NCBI RefSeq assembly: GCF_009914755.1
Contig: NC_060929.1
DNA from: the human T2T-CHM13v2.0 reference genome, Homo sapiens
DNA: 64,000 bases
Strand: one strand, 5' to 3'
Under the pieces are notes generated by a model. The model ran no database searches. It was not told where the DNA came from and saw only the letters and a program-made list of their open reading frames with translations. Made by a program: the position numbers and the translations under genes. Below, in pieces: positions 39,690 through 53,430 of the stretch (position 1 is its first letter; each line of letters begins with the position of its first letter).

Positions 39690-41870
39690 AGAGTAGAATT
39701 AACATTTATGAAAAGCTGCAAAATGCCAGGCATCAGGCCAAGCACTTTACATATATTGTCTCATTAATTATAACAATTTTGAAGATAAGCACTCAGCAGC
39801 TAAGACAGATTAACTAATATACTCCACAAAAGTTAACTAAAGGGGATTTATTTTAAAAATCAACATATTTGCTGAAAAATATGTATGGAGTAACTGCAAT
39901 GTACCAGCCATCGTGAGAATCACATTGTGGGCAGCTGTGGACAAGACACATGAGCTCCCTGCTATATAGAAACGTACATCCGAGTAAGGGAAGAGATGCC
40001 ATACACATGTAGATAAATAGGTAAATAAATATACAATATACTGATAATTATATAAAGGAGTTTAAGATATTTTATAATTAACTATTAAATAAATTTGTTC
40101 ACAAACTAATGCTGAATTTTTCCAGATTATTTTGACTTTTTGAGCCTAAATTTGGACTTTTACATTTTGTTCTATTTAATTCTGTACATTTTAGTCAGTT
40201 TTTCTCATACTTTAACTTCTTTTTGATTCCTGATATTTTCTTTCACTGAAAAGGTATGGCCAGGCAGACCATACCACTTATGTTATGCAGACCCATGCCA
40301 AATTGTACTCACCTTTTCCAGGTAAACTTTATTCTGAAGAGATTTTGAACGCTACTTCAACCCTCACCTTAAAGAGAATTTTTGGTGCCAATTGGGTCTA
40401 CTGGCCTTTGGCCCATGCTGTCTTGACTTGCCCCTTTTTCTCCTATGTTACTCGACTGATTCTTTTTTATGAAGGAACCCTTTGGTTCCTTGCATTTCTT
40501 CATCTTCAGTATTATAGCTACCATTCACTAAATGTTTCCTGTGTGTCTACCACTATTCTAAATATGCATTTCTTTACAATTGCATCTCACGTAATCCTCC
40601 AGTTGACATACAAGAAAAAGTATTGCTGTTATCACCATTTTACAAATGAGAAAAATGAGGTACAGAGAGATCATGTCCCCAAGATCATACCTTCAGTAAG
40701 TGATAAAGCCAGGATATTTAGAAGAAGCCAGTTCAGTGATGTTACTCTTAATTTCATATTTCAGAGTCTTTATAGCACTGAATCCATCTTCCATTTTAAA
40801 ATGAATGGCCATGGAATCAAGACTCTTTTTCTCTCAACATTTTTAAAGTGTTACCCTAAAGTCTAGAGTACAGGTTAAATTATGTTCAGTGTTTGTTGCC
40901 ATAGTTGTTACAAATTCTGTGTTAATAATATCACAACATCTTGCATTTCCAAACACCACTTTTCCAAATCATGCTTCAATAGCAGGAAGAATGGTAGAGT
41001 AGAAAGGGCATGGGCTCTGCAGTCAGCTAGGGTTGCATTCAAATCTAGCTCTTTTGTTTTAGCTATGTCACTTTGGGCAATTTATTTAATTTCCCCTAGG
41101 CTCAGTTACTTTTTCTTCTCATTAAGGATAATATCTGTTTTGGGGGATTGTTATGGGAATCAACTTAACACAAGTAAAACGGTTTGGTACATGCTTTGCA
41201 TTCAATAATTTTGACTTTATGTTTACTTAGAATTGAGATTGAACTTGTGATTCTTTTTATTTTTCCATAGACGTTTGAGAGAGATTTTTTTTCCCAAAAG
41301 TTGAGTCGTTTTGTCAGATGCTCTGTGTTTAGTTCCATGACTTACCATAGTCTGCATAGAGTCTGCCATATATTCATTCATCATTCATTCACTCATTTAT
41401 TTAGCAAGTAAGGCAGCAAGCAAGCATACGTAATAGAATTATTATGCCAGACTCTGTGCTAAACAGTGATTCAGAGGTATGTGAGAGCAACCTAGAAGTT
41501 CACATTCATATAGTGATAGAGGTATGAGAGAAATAAACAAGGGAGCTAAGTTTATATTAAAATCTGAATAGAGAAAATATTATCCAGATCTTCTCTCTGC
41601 CAAGGTGATCTGTACTCAACAGCCCCTTACATTTGGTTTCATCTGTAAAGTTACCTAAATGTCCTTATAAGATTCATTTCTTCTCTGAAATGCCATGCGT
41701 CTATAATTGTGTCATGGTTGGTTCTCTTTTTTAATTCTTACTTAAATGACATTGACTACATTTCCTCATTAAGGTTTATAGAATTTATTGGAAATAGAAT
41801 GCCTAATTTGCAACCAGTATCGCTTTGCATCCTTTACAATAGGTCAGGTTTGTACATAATATAATGTTTT
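39690..41870. mobile_element. Cluster of MIR and L2 fragments
   Basis: MIR(-) ccattttacaaatgagaaaaatgaggtacagaga (~40660); MIR(+) gcatgggctctgcagtcag (~41010); L2 tail cattcatcattcattcactcattt (~41380). Confidence 0.65.
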
Positions 41871-42563
41871 CAGTGTGGCCAGTTTACCTGATACCTAGCG
41901 GGAAACGTAAATTTTGTAACAGATCATTTGCCCTATTTTTTTCTAATAATTTTTGGGGACCTCCTATAACCCCTTTTATTTTTTCTTCATCATATCCTTT
42001 GTTAATCAAAGTATCTAATAGTATTATCTGGGCATTCCCCCACAAAAACCTTATATTACAGTAATATTTTTAATACATATCACATTGACCTGAATATGTT
42101 TGGATACATACAGCAGAATACTCAAGCAGCTTCAATGTGAGACACATTAACACACACTTGAAGACACACTGGAACTTTAACCATGATATCCTTGGGTTGA
42201 ACCTCTGTAAAGAATTAAGGTAGAAAATTTGGCACACTGTTGCCTGTTGGGAATAACTTTACATAAGCAAAGACAGAGCTTTGGTGGCAAACTACCACAG
42301 TCAAACTTACAGATGACATAAAGAAGTCTTCAAGGGTTGACCTTTTCTAGCATTCTCTACTTCCAATATTCTGTTATTCTTTTCTTTCAGTGCATTTATA
42401 CCACATTCTTTTTATTATCACCTGCCTCTATCCTAGTATGTAAGTTTGATGAAGAGAAGAAAGTTTGGCAACTATTGCGTTATCATGATGTTCCTCAAAT
42501 AGGAATGAATGACATGAACTGGTAATACAGCACAGAAAATATAGTAAGATTTAGATGCTTTAG

Positions 42564-42884
<321 letters not shown>

Positions 42885-43979
42885 TGGAGAGATAATTTTT
42901 TCAAGGCGAAAAGATGTATTCTAAATTAGAGCCACATATGGAAATTAGGATTCTTGCCTCCTCCAACTCTAAACTTATGCAATTGTAAAACTGCTTTGCT
43001 AGAAAATGCCAATATCATATCTCTTTTGGAGAGACACTTTCTAAAACAGATATGATACTGGCATTCTAGACCAAAGGGATTTTACAATTGCATGAGTTTA
43101 GAGTTGCAGGCAAGAGTCCTCATTTCCATATGTGGCTCTAATTTAGAATACATCTTTTCGCCTTGAAAAAATGTTTACTATCATGGAAAATTTATTGCTA
43201 TATCTGTAAAATAATGATCAAGCTGTAGAATGAAGACTAGGAAGCTCAAGTTTTCTTTCATTCCATCTTTACAACAATGATTTTATTTATTCATGAGTGG
43301 AAGGTTATGGCACTGAGAATAGAGATGTAGATGCAGAAAAGAAAAAGGTGTAATCATTGCTCTTCAGCATTCTCTGGCAAAATAGGATAAGAAAACTTAC
43401 AATTGAATCAGAATGTGTGAAGGACTAGCATCTAACTAAATGTAGCACAGAATTATGCTCCTAACAGAGATTGGAGCAAGGGAAGAAAAAGAATCAAAGT
43501 AAGTCTCCAAATGGAGACAATTAATGAATTGAATTTTTAAAAAGTAAAGAGAAGTAAGGCAGGATGTTCAAAATGATGAAATTCCAACATGCTTACAATA
43601 AAGCTTTTATCATGTGGACTAATACTTTCCATGAATTAATGTTGATTCAAGCAATTTAATTCACGATTAACGTATGTATTCTTTGCTCCTATACTAAAGA
43701 ACTACCTGCAACTCCCGAACTTTAAGTGTAAATGCAAATAATACTCTTGTTTCGTATTTAGTTCACGTAAATATTTCAGCAGCACAATGAGATCAATGAA
43801 CCATATTTTGAAGCCTCTGCTCCCTACAGGTAAGGATTTTCCTCTTTATTTCCTTAACGATTTCAAACCCGCAAAAGTGTCATCTGTATTCCTTATGACC
43901 AGTTTCCTTGGGCTAAATTCAGACTTTTTCCTATATAAACTGTTATCAACGTAGCCACCAAAATTGTACTCAAAGGAGA

Positions 43980-44230
43980 TTCAATATTCCTCCACATTTT
44001 CCTATTTTTATGACTTCCCTTGCTGCCACACACAATTGACCACAATCTCCTCATGGACAAATTTTATAGCCTTACCTTTATAAACTTCATTGTTTTCCTA
44101 ATGTTTTCTAATTGATTCTCACTAGAATTTAAGCTCTAAGAAAGCAGTGTTCTCACTTGTTTTGTTCACTGAGATATCCTAAACTCTGCAACAGTGCCAG
44201 ATGCATATAGGCACTCAATACATACTTGAA
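43980..44230 (+). mobile_element. LINE-2 3' end
   Basis: cactagaatttaagctctaagaaagcag..ttgttcactgagatatcc..acagtgcc..ataggcactcaatacatacttg. Confidence 0.7.
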
Positions 44231-44779
44231 AACAATACATTGTTAACTTCCCACTTTGTGGGAAAACAGGTAGAGACTACTAAAAACATGAACAATGTAT
44301 TTTTAGTTCTTTCTGTCCTTTTCACTAGATGTCAGTTTCTTTTTTCGATGACATTATATGAGAAAGATTATTTAACATTAGGATATAAATACATGTTTAT
44401 TGCAAAAAAATTAGAAATAAAACACGTATAATTTCACTCTACCAAGGTAAAACTACTGTTTATATGTGAATATATATAGTTTCAGGGTTTTTATCTATGT
44501 GTATAGATTGGATTAATATTTAATTAGATCACAGATATACAGTTAGGAACATGATAGAATAAATGGTGAATACAGAAAATTTCAACTGAGATCAAAGAAA
44601 GAGACGTACATTTTCACATGCTAAGTGAGATTAATAAAAGATCAATTTTAACCTTGTTAATTAAGCTTGTAAAGACATTAAAATCTGGTTACTTTACCTA
44701 ACTTTCCTGGTAGGATGTATGACCTCATTAATCACTTTAGAAATCTGAAAATTGATTTGAGAGGCTGTCTCAGAAAGGC

Positions 44780-45122
44780 TGTCTTAGTTAGTTCAGGTTA
44801 CTATAACTAATTACCCTAGGCTGAGTAGTTTAAACAACAAACATTTATTTCTCACACTTCTGGAAGCTGAAAATCTGAGATCAGGGTGCCAGCATCATCT
44901 GGCAGTGAGGGCCATCTTCCACGCTGCAGAAAGCCAACTGCACCTTAAATTCTTCCGCTAATTCTCTGGCCTCTTTTTTTAAGGGCACTAATCCCATTCA
45001 TGAGGGCTCCACCCTCATGACCTAATCACCTCCCATAGGCCCTACCTCCAAAAAGCATCACTTTGGGGATTATATTTCAAGATATGAAATTTGGGTGGGG
45101 TGGGCACAAACAGTCCGTAACA
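44780..45122 (-). mobile_element. MLT1A/MLT1A0 solo LTR
   Basis: tgtcttagttagttcagg..aaacatttatttctcac..aagggcactaatcccattcatgagggctccaccctcatgacctaatcacctccc..gtaaca. Confidence 0.88.
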
Positions 45123-45375
45123 AAGATAAAGCAAGACATTAATTTATCCTTCCCACTTAGGATGATAGGGTTAACAAAGAAAATGGTGCACCTACTTTAA
45201 AAAAAATTTTTTTAACTTGCTGTTATAATTTAAAAGCCATTAACCACCTACTCTTGTCTCATAATCATTGGAATTGTTGTTAATTAATCAATGAATGCAT
45301 AATTTCTTCTGAAAAATAAGTAAGCCCACATGACCACTTTTCAACATGTATATAAAAATTGTGTTTATTAATTTG

Positions 45376-45650
<275 letters not shown>

Positions 45651-48600
45651 TCATGTCTCCTCCAAACTTCCCAAAGATGTATTTTTCTTCCTATTTCTAT
45701 GAAAGCACTCATACTTAACTCGAAAGCATGACTGAAGCTCGCTTGGCATAAAGTGCACTGCAATTGAAACCCACAGGCCAAGATCCAATGCCTTGTTCTC
45801 TATTTTTTCGCCATATGACATTAAACAGACAACCCATTTTTCCAAGTTTTCCTGGGCCTGGGGCTTGACCAATGAGAAAAGTAGGTGAGATCATCTCTAA
45901 AGACCCTATCATTCTTATATTTTATAATCCTATAATAAATCACTTTATATTACAAAGATCTTAAGGGTTCTGTGTAGTTAAATGTATTTTGTGCTTTAAA
46001 TTTTTGTTGTTGTCATTTTTTTCTGTGTGTTTTTCTATAACCACTTTGATTGACAGAAGCCTCTTTACCTGTCCTTTGCAATGCTGCATAATCTTTAGCA
46101 ATTAAGTTAGTCAAACTGATATAAATCATGACTTCCTTCCTACTAGAAAGTTTTATGTGAAATTTGTACAACTAGAAACGTGGGCTATGAAAGTTTCATA
46201 CAATTCAATTTTTCCATTATAAATGGCAGTCTATTTACTTTAGAATTTTTCTAGTGGTTTAGACTTTGCCTGAACCAGCAATTTAGAGCAGCCTCTAAAA
46301 AAATAAAATTAAAGAAGGTGACATTCATATTTGTGCTGGCCTCCAACTCAAACTGTGTGTCTCACAGTGAGTCTTAGCATAAGACATGTGATTGAAGGAT
46401 ACTTCTGTGAAACAACTGCTCAGGGGGAAGTATGTATCATCTGAGTCCAGTTCAGAAAAGACAGCTGTCCACCTGGAAATCTCTCAGCCTAGTAGAAATG
46501 GCCATCCTATGTGTTGTTGTGTCATCCAAGAAGCTCAAAACTGAATGGACATGCAGGCAATATTAATCCTTTGAACCTTCAAAGGGGCCACTGCTTTGTG
46601 ATTAAAGATAGGTCCTAGTCACCTGGTCCCATTAGTTCATGAATGATGACCTTTTTAACAACACCCTGAAGTCAGCTTTAAAGTAGGGCACTAAAATGGA
46701 ATTTAATAAAACACAGAACCTAGAAAATTGAAAACAGGAAAAAGTTAAGGTATTCTAACATTACAGGACTTGAAAGCATTGTTTTTCTTCTGCCATATCA
46801 AGCAACCTAGTTTTAACCCAGTAAAGAGAAAAATAATGATAAGGTAATGAATATTTTTATGGAATGGGTTACTGTACTTTAGAAAACGTTTTGAGGTCTT
46901 TATTAGACCAAAACAGAATAATTCAGTTTTAATGCCATAACAAACTTTACATTTAATAATGTAAGTTGAGTTCTGACAGGGTGTCGGTTTGTATAATTTG
47001 TAGGTACTTAATACATGCTTAGTGAGAATGATGAGACTAGTGATCATTTTGATTATTAAAGAATATGAAAACAATACGGCAAAAGGAAGTTCTTCCCTTC
47101 TGTTTATGTGGTCATACTTATTTACCACATTTTAAAAATGCTAGTATTTTAATTAAGAAAGACATGTTAGCTTAGAATACCAGAATAAAACTAACCTAAT
47201 TTTCAGAATCATCAATATGAAGAAAAACTTTGTTGAGGGCTTATTTTATTCCCCAAAATTCAGAAGATTAAAACCAATTGAAATTTAATGTGGTCATATT
47301 ATTTCCAACCTGAATTTCAAATAAATTATATGACCTATTTCAAGACATACACAATTGTTTCAAACACACTTTGAAACAATTAAATAGAAAGTTTATCTGT
47401 GCCTTCTTTGTAGAATCTGGTGTACACTTTTTTTTAGTTTAAAATTATGCCCATGATTGAAAATTAATAAATAAAACTTCTAGATTTTAGTTTAGTAACC
47501 ATCTGTGAAGATTAACCTCTCAGAACTATATCAGCTTTTTGTTTTATTTTTTTCCTTCTTTTGCTCTTTCTTTCTTTTTTCTTTCTCTTACTTTCAATTG
47601 CATGATAAATTCTGGATTATGCCTCACTAAGGCTTCAACACTACATTTAATGAAGTTGTTGAACTTTTAACCTTTGAGTTCAACACACTTGAAAACTACC
47701 ACCAATATATATTGCGCTTTTTTCTGTAGTTCTGTGTCAAATATAGTGAGGGTCTTTTAGTGTAGAGGACTGTTTACCCAGGCTCTTTGTAAAAACAAAT
47801 GGAAGGCATTTCATTTTTTACTGGTCTTTTTTAAAATTCTGGAAGAAAAATATGCTGGGGTTCCCTAGAACAACCCCCTCCCTATCCTGCTCCTCTGCTG
47901 GTAATTGGTCTACAAATAAAGAGCTCCTGAGTGTCAGCTTCCAATGAAAAGTCATTTATTCATAACCAGACATCCAGCTTCCCAACAGAAAGGATTGTTT
48001 TTTTCAAGATCATCTTATATCTTTCAAACTCATCCTGTCTATTCAGCCATGCATACTGCCTGCAAGGCAGCACAAGCAACATTTCTTAGTTTCATAACCA
48101 AACAGTAGCAATGCTTTCAAAGGAATCAAAAGGAAGGAACTTTTTTTTTTAATGTAGGATTTATACTTACCTTTTACTCTTTGTGTCATTAAACCGTTAT
48201 AAATGTTGTTCCAAGCTCCGTCCTTCGATAGGGAACCAAAAAAACAGGCAGTTCTCTGTCTTATTTGTTGGAGGAATAATCTGATGAGCAGTGAACACTA
48301 GAGGGGGAGCTTACCCGTTCAGGAGCATGAGTGAAAGCTTCAGACCCTCTGGGAGAGGATCAGAGTGATAATAGAGCTACTGACTTAAACAAGGCAAGCT
48401 AGGATTTGGTCAGCAGTGGTTCCGAAGTCAAAAGGTCAAGAATGGTACGTAGCCAACTTATTGTCACTTTCCAAAACGGCAAGAAATCACAGTGAAATTG
48501 AGAAATTTAGCTGCTGCTTATACCATGATATGGAATATTTTAAAAATCTCTCTGGAGGCAGCTATACTATGAGGAGTAAGATTACAGAGGCTTTCCCCCC

Positions 48601-50174
48601 CTTGACTAGGGCTCTCTGTCATTTAAATGTCTAAGGAATGATGGAATGAATTATCATAAAATTTTGACAAATTTGATGGCTCAAGCAAAAGGGGGAAATA
48701 AGCACTCCGATTATCAGGTTGTAATAAGACATGACATTTAAAATGAGTTTACATGGCAGTTAGACAGACCTTTGCTTTTTTCCCCTTGGTTTAAAAACAC
48801 TGGGATCCTTTTCTTTGGAAAGGAATTAACTTATTTCAGTTTCTCTTCTCCCTAGCTTAACAAGTATGAATCCTATTACACCAATTATACGTTTCCATCC
48901 CTTGTAACCATAGTCCAATTGCTTTCCACAATTTGCCTAAATTTAAAAAAAAAAAAGAACATAACTTGAAAGCAGTAGAATATTTAAGTAGAGATATTTA
49001 GTATAAATTTGGTAGAAAAAATATAAGAAATATAAGTTGTTCTTTCATTTGTTATTAGGCTATTTTTTTCTGTATCATCTTACAACACAGTAGATAGGAT
49101 GTATTGATTTAGAAGAACAAACTATACTTTTCAAAAAGAAATAAAGCAATAAAAGTGATTAACCAAAAAACTGAAAAACAACATTGATTTTCTCTGATGC
49201 CACTCACCCCTACTTCTTTACCAAATATAAACTTTTCTTTCAAATAATCTATCTCTTTAAGCCACATGAAAAATCCAAATTATTATGTTTATATTATTTA
49301 CTAGAAATGTTTGGTTTAAAAAAGATAATTCAATCACAATTAATCTGCTCTTTGGAAACATCCTGCACTTCTAGTTAAAAATTAATAGAGTCTGTGGCAT
49401 TTTAAAACTATGTACTATTAGTACTATTAGAAAACATATTTCTGTAAAAAAAAAAAAAGAAGAGGAAATAAAGACTTTTTTAAGAAATATGTTTAGGGTG
49501 ATTTTAACTTTGTCAGGCTCCAACTACTAAAAGTGGAAAGAAGTCACCTGACTTTAGAAAGTGAGCTCTGTATAGATGGCCTGATAACTGACCACCTGAC
49601 TTTACCTACAATTACTTGAATTATACGAACAAAATAATGTGGTTTGATGAAAATTTTCCCCAGCAATACATAAAAATGTGGATTTGTCTTTGCTTTCCAA
49701 GAGATTTTTTAGAACTGTGATGACCAGATCTTTAGAATTTTCTTCGGATTCTAGTAGTGCAATCCCCAGAGGTTAGTCAAAAGCTAGTAGTCATTTCCCA
49801 CAGACCTGGATAGCAACAATTACTTAGACAGTTTTTACTTACTTAACTAAATAAGAGAGCAGAGGAAGTATGAATTAAATGTAGTTATTCTAAGTTTCTA
49901 GGGTTTATATCATGGAAGCCAACTGTTGAACTACTAATAAAAATCTATTTTGAAGCTGCTGATCTGGCCCTCGAATGCATCCTTCATGCTCTGCCCACAG
50001 GTACCTGCAAATTGTGTAGGTGGCCAAGCAATGGAGACATACCTTGAGCCTTGAGTAAGCAGTTTTGGGGTTAAGCAATTTGGAGGAAGCAGGAGCTGGC
50101 CAAGTAAATGTAACGTTTCCTTTGTATCATTGGAACTAGAGCCATTTTGCTCACCCAATAAAAATGTCTAGCTA

Positions 50175-50492
50175 GGCAGGGCGCTGTGGCTCACGCCTGT
50201 CATCCCAGCACTTTGGGAGGCCGAAGCGGGCGGATCACGAGGTCAGGATATCAAGACCATCCTGGCTAACACGGTGAAACCCCATCTCTACTAAAAATAC
50301 AAAAAATTAGCCGGGCGTGGTGGCGGGCGCCGCCACGCGGGGGGACGCTGAGGCAGGAGAATGGCGTGAACCCTGGAGGCGGAGCTTGCAGTGAGACGAG
50401 ATGGCGCCACTGGAGTCCAGCCTGTGCGACAGAGCAAGACTCCATCTCAAAAAAATAAATAAATAAATAATAAATAAATAAAATAAATAAAT
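50175..50492 (+). mobile_element. AluY with (AAAT)n tail and perfect 16-bp TSD
   Basis: Y diagnostics accatcctggctaacacggtgaaac, gaatggcgtgaacc, ggagcttgcag; TSD taaaaatgtctagcta at 50159-50174 and 50493-50508. Confidence 0.96.
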
Positions 50493-50949
50493 TAAAAATG
50501 TCTAGCTAATAATTTTGGTCCCATCAAAGATAAAAAAGGCTGCCTGAAAAAAAAGAAAAAAGTAACTTCTAAATCACCTGTGAATATTAATTAAACTGTA
50601 CTGGAACATTTCAATTCCTTAAGTCAGATCCAGAAATAGAAGAGAAAGAGAAAGGGGACAGGGCCTATGAGTAAACATAATATGCTTAGAAATTATATCT
50701 AACATTAATCACATTTTTCCTGTGTCCCTTGGCCTGTGCAGTGCTTGAACTCTTTCAGACCAATTATTTCCTTTAATACATGAAATTCTTTTAATTTTTA
50801 AAATTAAATGTACCTAAATTTAGAATTGTTCTCTTATTCTAACTTTATGCTTAGTAAGATAAGATTTTTTTCTTATTCAATTTCAATTTCTCCATTTTCA
50901 TTTTATTTTTGGAAGGTGAAAATAAAATTAATATAGAAAACACGATATC

Positions 50950-51192
<243 letters not shown>

Positions 51193-51646
51193 TTAATTTT
51201 ATTGTGCCAAAATTGCGGACATGAAAATACTACAACCAAATCATTAGTTAAGTCTGTAAACATCATTTTAGACACAGAAGTAAGTTTGACACCTACAAGT
51301 ATGAAACAGAGAAAACACAAAATGATTGTTGTTCTTATAAATTGTTTAATAGAAAATTAGCTAAGTATTATGCTTACTTGACAAAGAAAAAGTAATATAT
51401 TTTCCTACAGTTTTTATTTAGAAGAATAGATTAATGTAAATGTCTCTGATAATGACTACCAATCCAGAATGAGAATTTATGTCAACGTTCTTTCTTTAAG
51501 GTTTTTGAAATATCATTCCCAAACATTTCATAAAAACAGCCTTCTGGGTTTTTCTTCTGCGGCCTACTTATGGCATATTTTACTTTGAAACATAAAATGA
51601 AAGAGAGAGAGAGGTGAGCATGTATTTATAAAGAAAAGTAATGAAA

Positions 51647-52535
51647 ATATCCAGAATCTACAAATAACTTAAACAAATTTATAAGAAAAAACAAACAATA
51701 CCATCAAAAAGTAGGTGAAGGATATGAGCATACACTTCTCAAAAGAAGACACTTATGTGGCCAACAAATATATGAAAAAAAGCTCATCATCACTGGTCAT
51801 TAGAGAAATGCAAATCAAAATCACAATGAGATACCATCTCGCACCAGTTAGAATGGCAATTATTAAAAAGTCAAGAAACAACAGATGCTGGAGAGCATGT
51901 CGAGAAATAGGAACATTTTTACACTGTTGGTGGAAGTGTAAATTAGTTCAACCATTCTGGAAGACAGTGTGGCGATTCCTCAAGGATCTAGAACCAGAAA
52001 TACCATTTGACCCAGCCATCCCATTACTGGGTATATACCCAAAGGATTATAAATCATGCTGCTATAAAGACACATGCACGTGTATGTTTATTGCGGCACT
52101 ATTCACAATAGCAAAGACTTGGAACCAACCCAAATGCCCATGAATGATAGACTGGATAAAGAAAATGTGGCACATATACACCGTGGAATACTATGCAGCC
52201 ATAAAAAAGGATGAGTTCATGTCCTTTGTAGTGACATGAATGAAGCTGGAAACCATCATTCTCAGCAAACTAAAACAGCAACAAAAATCCAAACACCACA
52301 TGTTCTCACCCATAAGTGGGAGTTGAACAATGAGAACACGTGGACACAGGGAGGGGAACATCACACATTAGGGTCTGTTGGGGTGGGGGCTAGAGAAGGG
52401 ATAGCATTAGGAGAAATACCTACTGTAGATGATGGGTTGATGGGTGCAGCAAACCACCATGGCACATGTATACCTGTGTAACAAAGCTGCACGTTCTGCA
52501 CATGTATCCCAGAATTTAAAGTATATAAAAAAGGA
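51647..52535 (+). mobile_element. L1PA7-like 5'-truncated LINE-1 (ORF2 C-terminus plus 3' UTR)
   Basis: ORF 51715-52143 translates to ORF2p C-terminus ([36 protein letters not shown] knuckle; FIAALFTIAKTWNQPKCP) and ends at a premature TGA. 3' UTR gggttgatgggtgcagcaaaccaccatggcac. Confidence 0.95.
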
Positions 52536-52684
52536 ATATAAATATTTTTAAAAAATTTACTAAAGATTTGAAATCAAATGACGAGTTTGTTTCTTTACAT
52601 AGAATTGTGTTAGGAAATGTGGTTGACAAAGTGGAAATGCATATGTCTTTAATAGCAAATTGTTCTCACAGAGGTCAATACGTA

Positions 52685-53430
52685 TTTCATTGATTGATTG
52701 ATTCAATAAATAAATAAATAAATGTTGAACAACTACTATGTAGCAAGTGCTGTATTCAAGTCTGGCTTATTTTTGTGAACATGGCAAGAAAAGTGAGCAA
52801 TTTTATGAAGCTTATACCATAGTAGAGATTTAGGTAAACAAATCCACAAGTATGATAAAGCAAGAGAAGGTTACTATTGCATATAGTAGGAACCCCTTCA
52901 CCCAGATTCATTAATCTTGGAAGATGGTCAGGATAAGTGGTAAAACTGGCCTGAATGAGTGAAAAAATAATTATATAGAAAGGAAGAGGAGGGGATTTGA
53001 AAAAAAAAAAGACTATTATTAAAGGAAAAATGAATGTGAGAATGCAATAGAGGAAAGAAGAAGGAATGAGGTGAAAGTAATAGGTTCCCAAAGGCCATAA
53101 TATAAAAGGAAGTTGTTAGTCATGTTATGAGTTTGACTTTATCCAGAAGTAATGGAGAGCTATCAAATGGTTTTAAACAGCAGAATGATCAAACCAGATT
53201 TGCATTTCAGAAATTTTCTTCTTACAACCATGTGGGGAATGAAGAGGGACAAAATTTAAGGTAAGGAGTTCATACAGGAGAGATGATTGTAGTCTAAACT
53301 AACACAGTGACAGTGATTATAGATAGAAGCAGCCCTATCTGACAGCTATTTAGAAGGTAGAATGGGTAGAGGTTAGTCTTGGCTTGGATGTGAGAGAAAA
53401 GGGAGAAGTGGTAGTCAAAGATATAAGCAG
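52685..53430 (-). mobile_element. LINE-2 3' region
   Basis: cattgattgattgattcaataaa..tgttgaacaactactatgt; gagtttgactttatccagaagtaatggagagc..ccagatttgcatttcagaaa. Confidence 0.7.

Noticed and set aside
40285-40866. Longest ORF (193 aa)
   Set aside because: Its 3' half runs through an antisense MIR (HHFTNEKNEVQR is the MIR core). The low-complexity F/L/Y-rich composition and lack of a recognisable domain indicate a chance ORF.
51715-52481. ORFs with protein-like sequence
   Set aside because: L1 ORF2p C-terminus and 3' UTR read-through from a 5'-truncated element with a premature stop; not a host gene.
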